NCBI RefSeq assembly: GCF_020745735.1
Contig: NC_083422.1
Location: forward strand, 9,982,001 to 10,046,000
DNA: 64,000 nucleotides
Source of the DNA: Hemiscyllium ocellatum
Taxonomy: Eukaryota
Direction of reading: 5' to 3'
The translations under genes were made by a program, and so were the position numbers. This document shows, one piece after another, positions 13,946 to 27,403 of the stretch (position 1 is its first letter; each line of letters begins with the position of its first letter). Below the pieces are notes generated by a model. That model was not told the origin of the DNA. It saw only the letters and a list, made by a program, of their open reading frames with translations, and ran no database searches.

Positions 13946-14207
13946 AGGTACCTAGGTACAGATTGTTAACTACAAATTCTTAGGGGAAAAAAATTGGAAA
14001 AATAAAGAGATGAGAAGTTCAGAATAACTGTTCTTCCAACCCAGTCTGTGCCGGCACCTAGTTGATGCAGTGATTGAGGTGGAATCCTGCTTGAAACAGT
14101 TCTATGGAAAACACTGTCAGTCAGAATAAAAACAGTGCAAGTCAATTCTCAACTCTGTCACCCCTAGTAATGAGCGTGAGAACAATGCAATACAGTGTTT
14201 TTTTTTT

Positions 14208-14507
14208 AGATTACTTACAGTGTGGAAACAGGCCCTTCGGCCCAACAAGTCCACACCGACCCGCCGAAGCGCAACCCACCCATACCCCGACATTATCCCT
14301 TACCCCTCACCACTATGGGCAATTTAGAATGGCCAATTCACCTGACCCGCACATCTTTGGACTGTGGGAGGAAACCGGAGCACCCGGAGGAAACCCACGC
14401 AGACACGGGGAGAACGTGCAAACTCCACACAGTCAGTCGCCTGAGTCGGGAATTGAACCCGGGTCTCCAGGCGCTGTGAGGCAGCAGTGCTAACCACTGT
14501 GCCACAG
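14208..14507 (-). mobile_element. HE1-type V-SINE (young)
   Basis: Near-consensus head, V-domain and tail. Confidence 0.92.
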
Positions 14508-14629
14508 TGATAGGATCAACTCTTCAATCTTTCTTGCCCTTCTTCATGGGTAATCGTGAGCCAGCACTGGTGAACTTATGCATTTGAGTTTGGGGGTAGG
14601 TGTAACAGAGCAACAGAAACCTTAGGGTA

Positions 14630-15025
14630 TGTCAGTGATGGTTCAGTTAGTAGCATTCTCACTCTTGTCAGAAGGTATGTGTTCAAGATTTTGAAAATCA
14701 AAGCCAAAGCTGACATCAAGGAGGGACGTTGTGCTCTACCTCCGACAGGAGTCTTTCAGATCTGTATGGGTGGATGGTACATATTACTACTTTAAAAAGA
14801 GGGGCAGTAGGGGAACCAAATGTCGAGACAAATATTTCTCCCTCAATCAATGTCACCAAACCAGCTCTGGCCATAATCACAATGGGAGCTTGCTGGGTGT
14901 ACACTGGCACCCGTGTTTCCCACGTTTCAACAACGACTACACTTCAAAAAGTACTTCATACACCGGAAAGCATTTTGGGAGTTGCTGAAAGCATGAAAAG
15001 GTGCTACATAAATGCAAGTTTTTTT
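14630..15025 (+). mobile_element. Deu-domain SINE (SacSINE1/AmnSINE1-like), old
   Basis: 3' part gactacacttcaaaaagtacttcat..aaagcattttggga..ctgaaagcatgaaaaggtgctacataaatgcaagt; decayed tRNA-like head. Confidence 0.7.
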
Positions 15026-16529
15026 CCCAGTGAGAAAGAGCATAGGTGACAGAATGAGTGTGCAACACAGTGACAGAGTACAGAGGGTAGGATGAGGGAG
15101 GAAAGAAACAGAAAACAAAAACACAGAAAGGCATCTTGAAGAGCACAAAAAGAAGCAAGAACAAAAAAGTACCTGATAAAGGAGAAGTTTAAATGTAAAC
15201 ACTAATCCATATCTGCCCTCCATGGCTCCAACACTGCAATGATATAAATCACTTTGAGAGGAGATAGCTGCTACATAAATGCAGGTTTATTTTTACACAA
15301 GGCTGAGAACAGCTTTACTTGTAGATCCCTTTGACAAAGTGTTGGCCATCCGCCCTAATCGCTCCTTTCGCGGGCTCACTACCATAGCATGTCCTGTGAT
15401 ACGCTGGTGAAGCACTTTGGGATGTTTTATCTTGCTGAAGGTGCTACTGAGAAGCAAGTTGTTGTTATATGCTGCTTGTGCGAAAGCAAGAAAGGCAGGA
15501 TTGAAGTGGAACGGTGGAGGGATGTGAACACAATTTTATTAGAACACTGCCATGCTGGACCGACCGTCTTATCAACAATCGCAGATCTTGGTGCAGGTTT
15601 CATTCTGCTATTTGTTACGGTGCGATGCTGAAACTAATGAAGCATGAGGAAAATGGAGGACAGAGTGTTGCTGTAGCCTCGGGGCATCCAGATCCTCTGG
15701 CTTTGTCGGCTACTTGGGTGTGTTTCATAGAACCTTTGGGGGCCACTCATAACATACCAATTAATTTTCATCTGCATCAAGCTGCCAATACCAACAGATC
15801 TTGGTGTTCTCATTTAAGATTTTGCACTGGTTTCCAAACACATAAAATTCAAACCAGCACTGGCCAACAAATCTAAGGACAAACAGAACTGAACTGCCCA
15901 AGCTCTGAGTGGCACATTGTCAGGGGTCAGGCACCAGAAATAGCCCAGGGGTTGCAGTGTGGTCGCCGCCCTTGTGGCCATCTCAATACCACACAGTTCA
16001 GGTCTGGGTAAAGCACTCATGGCTCCTGCCCAAGACACAGCCTGCGTTCGCAGCCCTGAAAAACACTTTCCCTTCATTCTGCAGGTAATAAGCAGTCCCT
16101 TCAGAAAGCTTGGCAATTTCAGTTTGAAAGCAGGAGGTAGCTTGCCCACACAAAGGGTCATAGAAATCCAGAACTCCATTCCCTACCAGACAGGAGTTCA
16201 GAACAGTAGCAGCCCCCAAAGAGTTATGATGACCGACTGCATAAGCTTTGCTTACCACCCACAAAAAAACCACATCTGGGAGCAGGGCATGGCATCTGGG
16301 GTTGGAATGACTGCTCATGTGGATGTTAAGAACCTGGACCTATTCCAAAAGCAATTTATCAAATTCCACATTGGCTCGTGACTTCAGTATCTCTGTTGCT
16401 ATTCTACTTGGTCCCAGCTCACTCGATGGTCTATTCACTCCAGCTCAGAGGCTCGCAGCGTGGATACAGCATAGAGGGGTGGTCCATTCAGCCTGCCATG
16501 CCTGTGCTAGCCCGCTGAAGGAGTGAAGT

Positions 16530-17020
16530 TGGGTGCCACTCTCTGGGGGATGAAAAGATTGAAAGGATTCTGCAGGATAGACCAGCGGTTTCCTCAACTG
16601 GAGTCACAGAAACAACAACTTGAGTTGGGCAAAAGAAACTCCCCTTTGGAAGGGGAAGGGGCGATCCAATCCAAGTCTTCAAGATGTTAAGAGGAAAAGA
16701 CAGGGTAGGTGGACATAAGCTATTTCCACTGGTTGAGGATTCTCAAACTTGGGAGCATGCTCTGAGTTTTAGTTCCAGACTGTCCAGCAGAGATGTTACA
16801 AAGCAGTTCTACGCACAAAGGTTAGATGATGTTTGGAGCACTCTTCTATAAATGACTGTGGATGCTGGATCATTTTAAACCGGAGATAGAAACATTTTTG
16901 TTAAGCCATAGTAGGAAAGGATATGGGCCAATATGGAGTTCGGCCACAGATCAGCCATGATCTCATTGAGTGGTGGAACAGGCTCGAAGGGCTGATTGGC
17001 CCACTGCTGTTTCTATATTT
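16530..17020 (+). mobile_element. Old CR1 3' fragment
   Basis: ..aaggggcgatccaatccaagtcttcaagatg..; tail gggctgattggcccactgctgtttctat. Confidence 0.7.
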
Positions 17021-18049
17021 AACTTTAGCACTGTGCAAGCAGTGGGGAGCAGTCAATCGTCCTGTTGGATTTCCTGTTCTGACCACCACACTTTTGAACA
17101 GATGAGTGGTCTTTGGAGAGGTATGGAGCAGATTTACCGGCATAGCTCTCAGAAGGAGGCACTTTAGCGATAAAGGTGGGTTGGGGAAGCTGTCTAAAAT
17201 ACATAGCCACAGATTTAAGGTGTTGGGTGAAACTAGCAAGTGTGGCCACTCCTCCTATGTGGTATCACCAATTAATCTTGCTCAATACTCACAATAACCA
17301 AGTCATGATATAGAGGCACAGCATAAAGAAAGCAGCAGTCTGAGCACTGACCCATGGAAATACAACAGCCTACCACTCTCTGCACTGAAAAAGAACCATT
17401 TAACCACGGCTCATTGTTTTCTCTCTTTTAGCCTTTTATTTATAAATGAAGTTGACGCCACTGGTAAATCAGTTTTATTTAACAGCTTTTGATGTGGTGC
17501 CATTTAATGCCTAGAAAGCTTTAGAAAACACAAGTAGAAGAGCCATAGAGATCTATAAAAGTCAGTGAATTATAATTTTAAAGGGACTGTATTTCCTAGC
17601 ACCCTGTCTGCTATTGACAGATCCCAGCATAACAAGTGCAATTCAGTATATTCACCTTAGATTTCCACAGTATTTCATTTCCAAGTTAACTTACATTGGT
17701 AAACAAATTGCTGAGTGATAATTTCTAAAGGAGTATTTGTACAATATGTGTTCTACAATAGGGGTGTGAATGAGGCACTCACAGCTTTTAAATCCAGTAA
17801 CACCTCGTGGTTAGTTAAACAGCAGCACAACACTTAAATCCACATTAACAGAAGCTTAATGGTCAGTATCCCATTCTTCCAACAGATTTTGACAGATGAA
17901 TTACAAATTTGACAAATAGCTCTTATTGGCTAAATACAAAGCAGTTTTCCATTAGCACTGACAAATTGATGCTCAGTAACATAAGGGTGTATTCAAGAGA
18001 GGAAACAGAGAAACTAATTATTCTGGTCTAGGTAGATACGGAATTCATG

Positions 18050-18288
18050 ATCAGAGTGGTACTGGAAAAGCACCACTCTGATCTAAACTCTGGTTTCAGC
18101 ATCTGCAGTCCTCACTTTTGACTTATTTATTTTAACCTTACTGCGAATCCTCTTGCAAGGATGCCTACCTTGAAGAAGTTCTCCTCTCTCCACAAGAATC
18201 TCAGTAAATCTCTCTCACTGCAACCCCCAGGTCAAATGCTTTTCCAGCACCACTCTGGTTTCCAGCATTTGCAGTCCTCACTTTTGCC
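18050..18288. mobile_element. PLE family A rearranged mini-insertion (short inverted arm plus two tandem pLTR ends)
   Basis: TSD tagata[c/t]ggaat[t/g]catg at 18033-18049 and 18289-18305; cagcatctgcagtcctcacttttg occurs twice (second copy with one substitution). Confidence 0.8.
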
Positions 18289-18399
18289 TAGATATGGAAT
18301 GCATGTATGCTTCCCTCAAGTGAAGTGGAATAGGCCTGACTGAGTGTTTGATTGCTACTAGTTTCAGTAAATTGAACAAACAAAAACCACCACAAAAAT

Positions 18400-19600
18400 C
18401 ACTCTCCTCATTTCTGGTTTAAAGATTACCAGTTCCAACCTCATTTCCAACTAATCAACGTGTTCCTAGCATCTGGCTTGATCCCCAACTGATGGCTTCC
18501 CTTTACTGCTACCCACCATTATTAAAACCACCACTTGCTCTAACTCACATCTCCCACCAACTTCCCTAGACCACCTCTTCTCCTTCCATCTTCTCCAACC
18601 ACCATCTCATTTCCAATGGTCAATTCTTCCCCCAAGTCTTTGAATGCATCTATGTCTTGACTAAACTTCCCATCTCTTCAAAGCTCCTTAAATCAAGCTT
18701 TCACAAAGCAGTTGCTGGAAATTACACCGGTCAAGCATATCCTGAGTGAAGAGTGCTGCTCTATTGTCATGCACACCGTCTCCAGAGTTTCTATGTAGTC
18801 AACCACTTCACCTTCCTTCAACATTTTCCCCCCACATCACATCCCCAGAAACACTTTCTCCTCTTTTAGATTAGATTAGATTACTTATAGTGTGAAAACA
18901 GGCCCTTCGGCCCAACAAGTCCACACCGACCCGCCGAAGCGCAACCCACCCATACCCCTACATTTACCCCTTACCTAACACTACGGGCAATTTAGCATGG
19001 CCAATTCACCTGACCCGCACATCTTTGGACTGTGGGAGGAAACTGGAGCACCCGGAGGAAACCCACACAGACACAGGAAGAACGTGCAAACTCCACACAG
19101 TCGCCTGAGGTGGGAATTGAACCCAGGTCTCTGGCGCCGTGAGGCAGCAGTGCTAACCACTGTGCCACGTGCCGCCCACATTACCAGACCTTTCCATCCT
19201 TGACTCTGTCCTTTATCAGTTACGCACAGCTTTCAGTAACATCTGAAGTTACTTGACACAATGCTGCTCTAACACTAACTGCTCCACCAACTCAGGGGCA
19301 GGAGTAAGCAACAGGAAAAACCCAAACCTGTTCCAGCTCAATGTCAACAAAAACCAAGTCCTCTCTGACTCCAATATATTTTCTGTGCGCATGCCATGTC
19401 CTCAGCCCCTGTCACCTCTAGGCACAATATCTTGGTGCACTATTCAAATACAGCTCCCCAATGACATCAACAAGGTAGTTAATTGAAAGCAATTCATGTT
19501 CCCTGCCGGTCGAAAGAAAATAAACATGACATGTGTGAGCCCAGCAAGATGCTGGTAAGGGACAGATCGATTTCTGTAACCACGGCCAGGTTTGAATACA
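18400..19600 (+). mobile_element. Ancient L2-like LINE remnant interrupted by an HE1 SINE
   Basis: C/T-rich sequence with decayed L2-like RT segments. Confidence 0.45.
18868..19180 (-). mobile_element. HE1-type V-SINE (young, full length)
   Basis: Near-identical to 44534-44890. Confidence 0.93.
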
Positions 19601-19884
19601 TCTATGCACTGCTCTGCTGCCAGTGTTTAACACAATGATTCAGGTAGGGAAAGACATTGCTAGATTTACAACAGATTTAAACTATAGTTTAATGCAAACA
19701 CCAGTTTACAAGCTTTTCTTCTGGATGCTCTCTCCAGCCAGGAGATAATCCTCAGAGGAAGTAACTCAGCTTTTGGTATCTTCTAACCAACCCGTTTAGT
19801 GTTCTTAATTAATCACCTCTGGAGCAGGTAGGAGTTGAACAGAAGCCTCCTTGTTCAGAGACATGGATGCTACCACTGTACCAC

Positions 19885-21255
19885 AAGTAGATAGGTCTAC
19901 TAAAGAGGAGACCATATTGGATTTGGTGTTTGGCAACGAAACAGGTCAGGTGTCAGATCTCTCTGTGGGAGAGCATTTCGGTGACAGTGATCTGACCTTT
20001 ACTATAGTCGTGGAGAGGGATGGGGATAGATGGTGTGGGAAAGAATTTAATTCGGGGGAATTACAGTGCTATTAGGCAAGAACAGTGGAGCATAAATTGG
20101 GAACAGATATTCTCAGAGGCATGCATGACAGAAATGTGGAGGAAATTTAGGGAGCACTTGCTGCAAGTTTTGGACAGGTTTGTCCCACTGAGGCAAGGAA
20201 GGGATGATAGGGTGAAGAAACCTTGGATGGCAAGAGATGTGGAACATCTAGTCAAGAGAAAGGAAGCTTACTTCAGATTGAGGAGGCAAGGACCAGACAG
20301 GGCTCTAGAGGGTTACAAGGAAGGAACTGAAGAATGGACTTAGGAGAGCTGGAAGTGGGTGTGAAAAAGCCTTGACATGTAGGCTAAAGGAAAGCCCCAA
20401 GGTGAACTAGACTTATGTAAGGAACAAGAAGTTGGCCAGAATGAGGGTAGGGCCAGTCGCCTGAGGTAAGTGTTTTAAATGGTTAGACTCACCTTCCCAG
20501 AAGTCCTTTGCTCCTCCTTCGCACCTCTCAGCATTGTGGAGGAACAGAGGGATCTGGGTGTGCAAGTACATAGATCCCTCAAAGTTGCCACTCAAGGGGA
20601 TAAGGTTGTTCAGAAAGCATATGGTATTTTGGTTTTCATTAACAGGGGCATCGAGTTTAAGAGCCGCAAGGTTTTGCTATAGCTCTATAATTCCCTGGTG
20701 AGACCACACTTGGAATATTGTGTCCAGTTCTGGTCGCCCTACTGTAGGAAAGATACAAAGGCTTTGGAGAGGGTGCAAAGAAGATTTACCAGGATGCTGC
20801 CTGGCCTGGAGGGCTTGCCTAATGAAGAGAGGTTGACTAAACTCAGGCTTTTCTCTCTGGAGAAAAGGAGGAAGAGAGGAGACCTGATCGAGGTGTACAA
20901 AATAATGAGAGGAATAGATAGAGTCAATAGCCAGAGACTTATCCCCAGGACAGGATTAACTGGTGCAAGGAGTCATAGTTTGAAGATATTAGGAGGGAGG
21001 TATAAAGGAGATGTCAGAGGTAGGTTCTTTACGCAGAGAGTTGTGAATGCATGGAATGTGTTGTCTGCTGTGGTGGTGGAAGCAGAGTCATTGGGACATT
21101 TAAGCAACTGCTGGACATGCACATGGATAGCAGTGAGTTGAGGGGAGCGTAGGTTAAGTTACCATATTTTACATTAGGATTAATCCTCGGCACAACATTG
21201 TGGGCTGAAGGGCCTGTTCTGTGCTGTACTCTTCTATGTTCTATGACTCTATGAT
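19885..21255 (+). mobile_element. CR1 LINE pieces: end of the endonuclease/tether region (19885-20460) joined to the RT C-terminus and 3' UTR (20535-21255)
   Basis: ILDLVFGNE..GEHFGDSD; PWMARDV; [38 protein letters not shown]; tail ctatgttctatgactctatg. Confidence 0.9.
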
Positions 21256-21485
21256 GCTATAATTCTCTGCTACCATGTTTTACACACTGATATCTGTATA
21301 CTGAATCAGGCAATAGATGATAGCCTGTGGTTTTAAGTATAATTGTTGAACTACAAGTTTCACTTCCAACATCTACCCTCCCCTTCTGGATTCTCTCTCA
21401 ATCCAGAAGCAAACTCTGTTGTTTCGGGGGAGAAAAAGCTCTTCAGTGCAAACTTCAATGAGCACTGCCTGCTCTCAATTAACTC

Positions 21486-21680
21486 AGATAGAGACAAAAT
21501 AAACTGCAAATGCTGATCCAAGGAGGCTGAAAGAACACAGCAAGCCAGGCAGTATCAGATGGTGGAGAAGTCAATATTTTGGGTATAATTTTGAAGAAGG
21601 GTTACACCCGAAATGTTGACTTCTCCACCTCCTGATGCAGCCTGGCTTGCGGTGTTCTCCCAGCCTCCTGTTGGTTTACA
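21486..21680. mobile_element. PLE family D inverted mini-element with decayed hammerhead motif
   Basis: Arms aggaggctg..aacacagcaagccaggc..ggtggagaagtcaa / ttgacttctccacc..gcctggcttgc..cagcctcct; perfect TSD ctcaattaactc at 21474-21485 and 21681-21692; tgaagaagggttacacccgaaatgtt. Confidence 0.85.
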
Positions 21681-22949
21681 CTCAATTAACTCTGAAGCTG
21701 GTTTACTTTTGATGGGACCAAAATGTTGACATTGTCAAGTGAGATGGATCCAACGTGAAATTATAGCTTCCAAAATGGGAATCGCAGAAGTTAAGACTAT
21801 AACAGTCCACCTTGTGGGAGTGGCTCTACCTCTCTGAGCCAAGTCCAGGGTTCAAATGGTACCCGCTCCAGATGTGCATCATAACATCGCTGAACATGTT
21901 GATTAAAAATATCTGAATCATTCCATAGAGATAGGGAGCACAAATATCCAATACAGTAAGGTACATTTCATCCAGTATCTCATAAACTAGAATATTCCTC
22001 TATCCTGACATCCGAACACAGTCTGACAAACTTGCGATACGATAGTGGCAGAGGTGCTGGGAAAGGCACTGTTTACAGAACTGCTTGAGGCTTGGTTCTT
22101 GGTAAGTATAGAGCAGTTTCATGTAGAACACAGAACATAACAGCGCAGTACAGGCCCTTCAGCCCTCGATGTTGTGCCGACCCGTCATACCAATCTGATG
22201 CCCATCTAACCTACACTATTCCATGTACGTCTATATGTCTAAGATTACTGTGACATACATGAGCTTAAAGTGATATGGCAATGTCACAGCCCTATGGAGA
22301 AAATGAACAAGCAGGAACCATTGACATCCAGCACATGACACAAGGATAGAGAGGGATTCTTTCCATTAAATTAATCTTCGTTTCACAATGGAGAGGCACT
22401 TTGATCATTTCTTGGCAATGCTGGTCATGACTGAATGCTGGAACATGCATTGTGTCTCCTCACTAAGCAGCATGTTAAAATGACTGGCATAATCCAGTCC
22501 CAGTATGTACTTTACAATAATTCGAACACAGCAAGCCAAGTGTCATTGTCTATTCTGGAGGTCAGTGCCACCACAGCCACTGTGAAAGATCACTTCTCTC
22601 CTGATGGCAAGAAACCATTTTCCCCGAGAGGGTACACAGCAATTCTGTATTCTGCAAAATAATGCTCTGCTCAAGGAAGTCTCTGCCAAAACAAACTCAA
22701 TATCTCCTGCTGCAAACTTCATTGTTCCACAAATGACTGAACCTTTCTCTCAGCAATTGAATTACTCCTCAAAAGTCAATTACCTTTCTTTGACTTTGCT
22801 CCAATCTTCAGTTTTGATGGCCAGGCTATTTGCGTGTTTGTTTCCTCCATAATCTGTTAAAACACAGGAAAGAGAATGAGAGCCTTATTTAAATGGCTAG
22901 AACACACGATCTGTCACAGTCTAATACTGAACCAGCTCAATTCATCAAC

Positions 22950-23300
22950 TGCACGGTGGCTCAGTGGTTAGCACTGCTGCCTCACAGCATCAAGGACCCC
23001 GGTTCGATTCCTGCCTCAGGCATCTGTCTGTGTGGAGTTTGCACATTCTCCCAGTGTCTGCGTGGGCTTCCAGCGGGTGCTCCGGTTTCCTCCCACAATG
23101 CAAAGATGTGCAGGTTAGGTGAATTAACCAAGTTAAATTGCCCATTGTGTTCAGGAATGTGTAGATTAGGTGCATTAGTCAGTGGTTAAACCTAGTGGGG
23201 TAGGATAACGGGTCTGGATGGGCTACTCTTCGGAGGGTCAGTGTGGACTTGTTGGGCCAAAGGGTCTCTTTCCACACTGTAGGGATTCTATTTTCTATAG
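22950..23300 (+). mobile_element. HE1-type V-SINE (older subfamily)
   Basis: gcacggtggctcagtggttagcactgctgcctcacagc.. with tail ctgtagggattctattttctat. Confidence 0.9.
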
Positions 23301-23919
23301 ATTCCCCCCTCGCAGACAAGAATCAGGATGACCTTGCTGGTTATTTGATGATCAGCCAGAATCTCAAACAATGACAAGGAGAGATATTTGGAAATTAGAA
23401 TGTCTCAAATGCCAACAGCATCTGAGAGGCTGGTGATTTAGGGAGGGAATTTCAAAACTTAGTACAAGTGGAAGAGTTGGGAATGTACGAGAGGTCAGCA
23501 CACAGGAGCACAGCATTCTCAGAGTTACAGAGCAGAGGAGGGGTGAAGCCATTTGAATAAGAGCATTCGAATGTGTGCGGAATATGGGAGCATGAGTCAA
23601 TCGCAGCAAGGTTTAGCCAATCACACTGCTGGTTGTAATGGCTCATTTTTGGCACATCCTAAAGCAAAAGTAGATTGTTAAAATTTGAGAAATAATTTGT
23701 AATCTCAAGTAAATATTTCGCATTAACAATGTTGCCCACAGAAAGCGATGCTAAAGCTGCAGTCCAAATTCAGAGTTTATGCCTCAGCCAACTTTGGAGA
23801 GAGGCAGTGAGAGGTGGAGGTCGCTTCTTAATGCTTCTGGTATTAAAAAGGCATGGGGTCAAACTCCAGCCACAAACTCTCAAGTCCTCGAAACCGCTTG
23901 GAAATTGTTCACACACATC

Positions 23920-24125
23920 AAGAGGGAGGGGGAAAGACAGAGTGAGGGAGAGTGAGGGAAAGAGAGAGAGAGAATGAGGGAGAGAGAGAGAGAGAGAGCG
24001 AGGGAGAGAGCGAGGGAGAGAGAGAGCGAGGGAGGAAAAGAGAGGGAGAGAGAGCAAGAAAGAAGGGAGGGAGAGAGGAGAGTGGGTTAGAGAGCTGGAA
24101 GTAAGTAGGAGCTGAGAGAGAGTGT
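23920..24125. repeat. GA-rich low-complexity / (GA)n microsatellite
   Basis: Polypurine tract seen directly. Confidence 0.95.
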
Positions 24126-24129
24126 CATT

Positions 24130-25500
24130 GGGCACAGAAAGAGCCCCTTTCGCCCAACTTGTCCTTGCCGACCAAGTTGCTTAAACTAACATAGTCCCAT
24201 TTGCCTGCACTTGGCCCTTATCCCTCTAAACATTTTTTACCCATGTATCTGTCCAAATATCTCTTAAATTGTATCTGGCTCTACCACTTCCTCTGGCAGC
24301 TTGTTCCACACATAAATCACCTTCTGCATGAAAAAGATCCCCCTCAGGTCAGTTTAAAATCTTTCCCTCTCACCTTAAACCTAGGCCTTTTAGTTTTGGA
24401 CTCCCACACCCTGAGAACAAGAACTTTGCTATTCGCCATATCCATGCCCCTTATGATTTTATGAACCTCTATGAGGTCACCCCTCAGCCTCCTACACTCC
24501 AGGGAAAAAGAAGTCTCAGTCTATCCATGCTCTCCTTATAACTCAAATCCTCTAGTTTTGGTAATGTCCTTAAAAGTCCTTGCTGCAGCCTTACCAGTTT
24601 AACAACATCCTTCCTATAGCAATACTCCAAATGTGGCCTTACCAATGTCTTATACAGCTCTACTATGATAACTCAACTTTGATACACAATGCTCTAACTT
24701 ATTAAGGCAAGCACGCCAAACACCTTCTTCACTATCCTGTCTATCTGTGACTCCACTTTCAAGGAATTATGTACACACACCCCTAGGTCTCGATATTCGA
24801 CAACACTACCCAGGGCCCTGCTATTAACTGTCTAAGTCTTGCCCTGGTTTGTCTTAGCAAAATGCAATACCTCACATTTATCCAAATTAAACTCCAGCTG
24901 CCATTACCCAGCCCACATTGATCCAGTTGATCAAGATCCCACTGTACTCTTAGATAACCTTCTTTAATGTCCAATTTACCACCAATTTTGGTGTCATCCA
25001 CATACTTACTAAGCACGTCTCCTATATTCTCATCCAAATTGTTTATATGAATGACAAAAGGTGGACTCAGCATGATCCTTGCAGCATACCACTAGTCACA
25101 GGCCTGAACAACAACTCTCTACTACCATCCTCTGTCACCTACCATCAGGCCAATCTTGTGTCCAATTGGCTAGCTCTCCCTAGATCCCATATGAAACAAT
25201 CTACTACGTGAAATCTTCTTGAAGGCCTAGCTAAAGTCATGGAGACAATGGCTACCACTCTGCCTTCATCTATCTACTTGGTCACCTCTTCAAAAAACTC
25301 TACCAAATTTGTGAGACACGATTTCCCTTGCACAAAGCCATGCTGGCTATCCCTAATCAGTTTTTGCCTTTCCAAATGCATGTAGCTCCTGTCTCTCAGA
25401 ATCTACATTCACCTCCCCCCAACCCCGGCACCAACTTAGCCACCACTGACATCAGGCTCACTGCTCTGTGGGTCCCTGGCTTTTCCTTTCTTAAATAATT
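24130..25500 (-). mobile_element. CR1 LINE, decayed RT and 3' end
   Basis: Minus strand shows INNLDENIGDVLSKYVDDTKIGG (RT DD motif) and KEKPGTHRAVSLMSVVAK. Confidence 0.9.
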
Positions 25501-25509
25501 GCACAGACT

Positions 25510-25700
25510 GTGAAAGAGAGCATGTGTGTGCATGTGTGTGTGAGAGAGTATGAGAGAGAGAGAGAGAGAGAGAGAGTGTGTGTGTGTGTGAGAGAGAGAG
25601 AGAGTGCAAGTATATGTGTGAGAGTGAGTATGTCGGTGTGTGAGCGAGCAAGTGAGTGAGTATGAAAGAGAGAGAGACAGAGAGAGTGAGAGCACTCAGA
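25510..25700. repeat. Compound (GT)n/(GA)n microsatellite
   Basis: Seen directly. Confidence 0.95.
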
Positions 25701-26149
25701 CTGTTCAGGAAGTGGATATAATTCCTCCTCCATGTTGAATAACAATTTTGTAGCAGTGCTGAGTGGTCCATGCTCTCATACATTCTAACATCACCACCAG
25801 TGAACGAACAGGCTACTTACACAACCAGGTTTGAGGCCTGACTGTTTGGTTGGGTGCCATAATAACCACCACATTCCTCATAATAACACATGATCCTGAG
25901 ACTACAGAAAGGGCAAAGGAAACTGGAGTGATTACAGTTGCAATACTACACCTCAGAAACTGAGGTTTTGATTGGCCAAAAGCCTGGAAATTGCAAATGA
26001 ACTTCTGTCAAGAGCATGACAAAATGATGATGAAAAAGGGAGTGGAGTTGAGAAAGGGGTGAAACATAGGTTTGGAGGTTCTGCCATAAAAAGAGATTCA
26101 TTTATCTTTTGATATTCTGTTCTAACAAGCAACATCCACCTAAAATAAT

Positions 26150-26570
26150 GACCAAAATAAGGAGGAGCAGATTGAGGACTGAGTTGAGGAGGAACTTCTT
26201 CCCTCAAAAGGTTGTGAATCCACGGAATTCCCTGGCCAGTGAAACAGGTGAGGCTCCCTCGTTATATCTTTTTAAGGCAAAGGTAAATAGGTTTTTGAAC
26301 AGTAAATGAATTAAGAGTTATGGCGAGCGGGTGAGTAAGTGGAGCTGAGTCCACTAAACGATTGCTGGACATGCACATGGACAGCAGTGAATTGAGGGGT
26401 GCATAGGTTAGGCTATTTTATTTTAGATTAGGAATAATCCTCGGCGCAACATCGTGGGCCGAAGGGCCTGTTGTGTGTCGTACGTTTCTATGTAAGATCA
26501 TCAGCCATGTTTTACTGAATGGTCTGAGAGGCTAGATGGCCTATTCCTGCTCCTATTTCTTATGTTCTGC
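26150..26570 (+). mobile_element. CR1 3' fragment with a second CR1 3' tail (about 26363-26492) nested in it
   Basis: LRTELRRNFFPQKVVNP; the nested piece matches 21109-21240. Confidence 0.8.
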
Positions 26571-27403
26571 CTTTACTCAAATCAGTCGCTGCTCAGCCTA
26601 ACACCTTCTGGTTTCAATATCCCAGTTAATTGATGAAAGCTCAGCTAATTTCTTGCAATCAGCCATCCATGTGGCAAAGTGTTAACAATCCTATTGAACC
26701 CTGTTCTTCCATTACTTGCAAGGTTCCTGCCAAAAGCAATGCCAAGGAGGAGGTTACAGTAACAGAGGGAGTTCCTCAAACAGCCAGCGCCACTATTATG
26801 GAATTCTCCCTGTCTGACCACAGGTAATCAGAACAGTCAGCAGAAAGACAGGGGCACAGAGCCCCACCAGGCTAATTACTGAGAGGAAGGAAAATGACTG
26901 TGCGTTGTTGGGCCAGGAGGCGAAAGAACAGGCAAAGGGGAAGGGCCGAGAAGGGGTTTGGTTGCAGGAGAGAAAAGGTGGATGGTGAGAATGTGGCGGG
27001 AGGGGGGCGCGGGGGCAAGTGACAAAAAGGGAGGGAGACAGAGATAGAAAGAAAGAGCAAAAGGTTAAAGGGGAGGGAGAGGAAGGAGACGAGGAGGAGC
27101 AAACAAGATCAGGAAAGAAGAGCAAAAATTGGGGAAATGAAACAAATAGAGTGTGGAGATAGAGGGTGAGAAAATGAAGTAAAGGAGACAGGGAACTGAA
27201 TTAGTTCAAAACAATTAAATCAATTTGAAGTTGGGGTCATGACCTGTTGGGTCAATTAGGCTCAGGTGGCTTGAAGATGCACATTTGAAACTAAAGTCCT
27301 AATCTAAACTTTGGAATAATATGTAACAAATTCATATTGAGTCTTCCCTGTCAGCTGGAGTTGTATTTTATAGAAACTCATTTGACTGTCTCTCAAAGTT
27401 CAG

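Noticed and set aside
23770-25783. Ser/Leu/His/Thr-rich ORFs
   Set aside because: These are microsatellite translations.
26720-26830. Exon-like segment ending CAG|gtaatc
   Set aside because: The acceptor is weak, the segment is plausible on either strand, and no peptide is recognisable.
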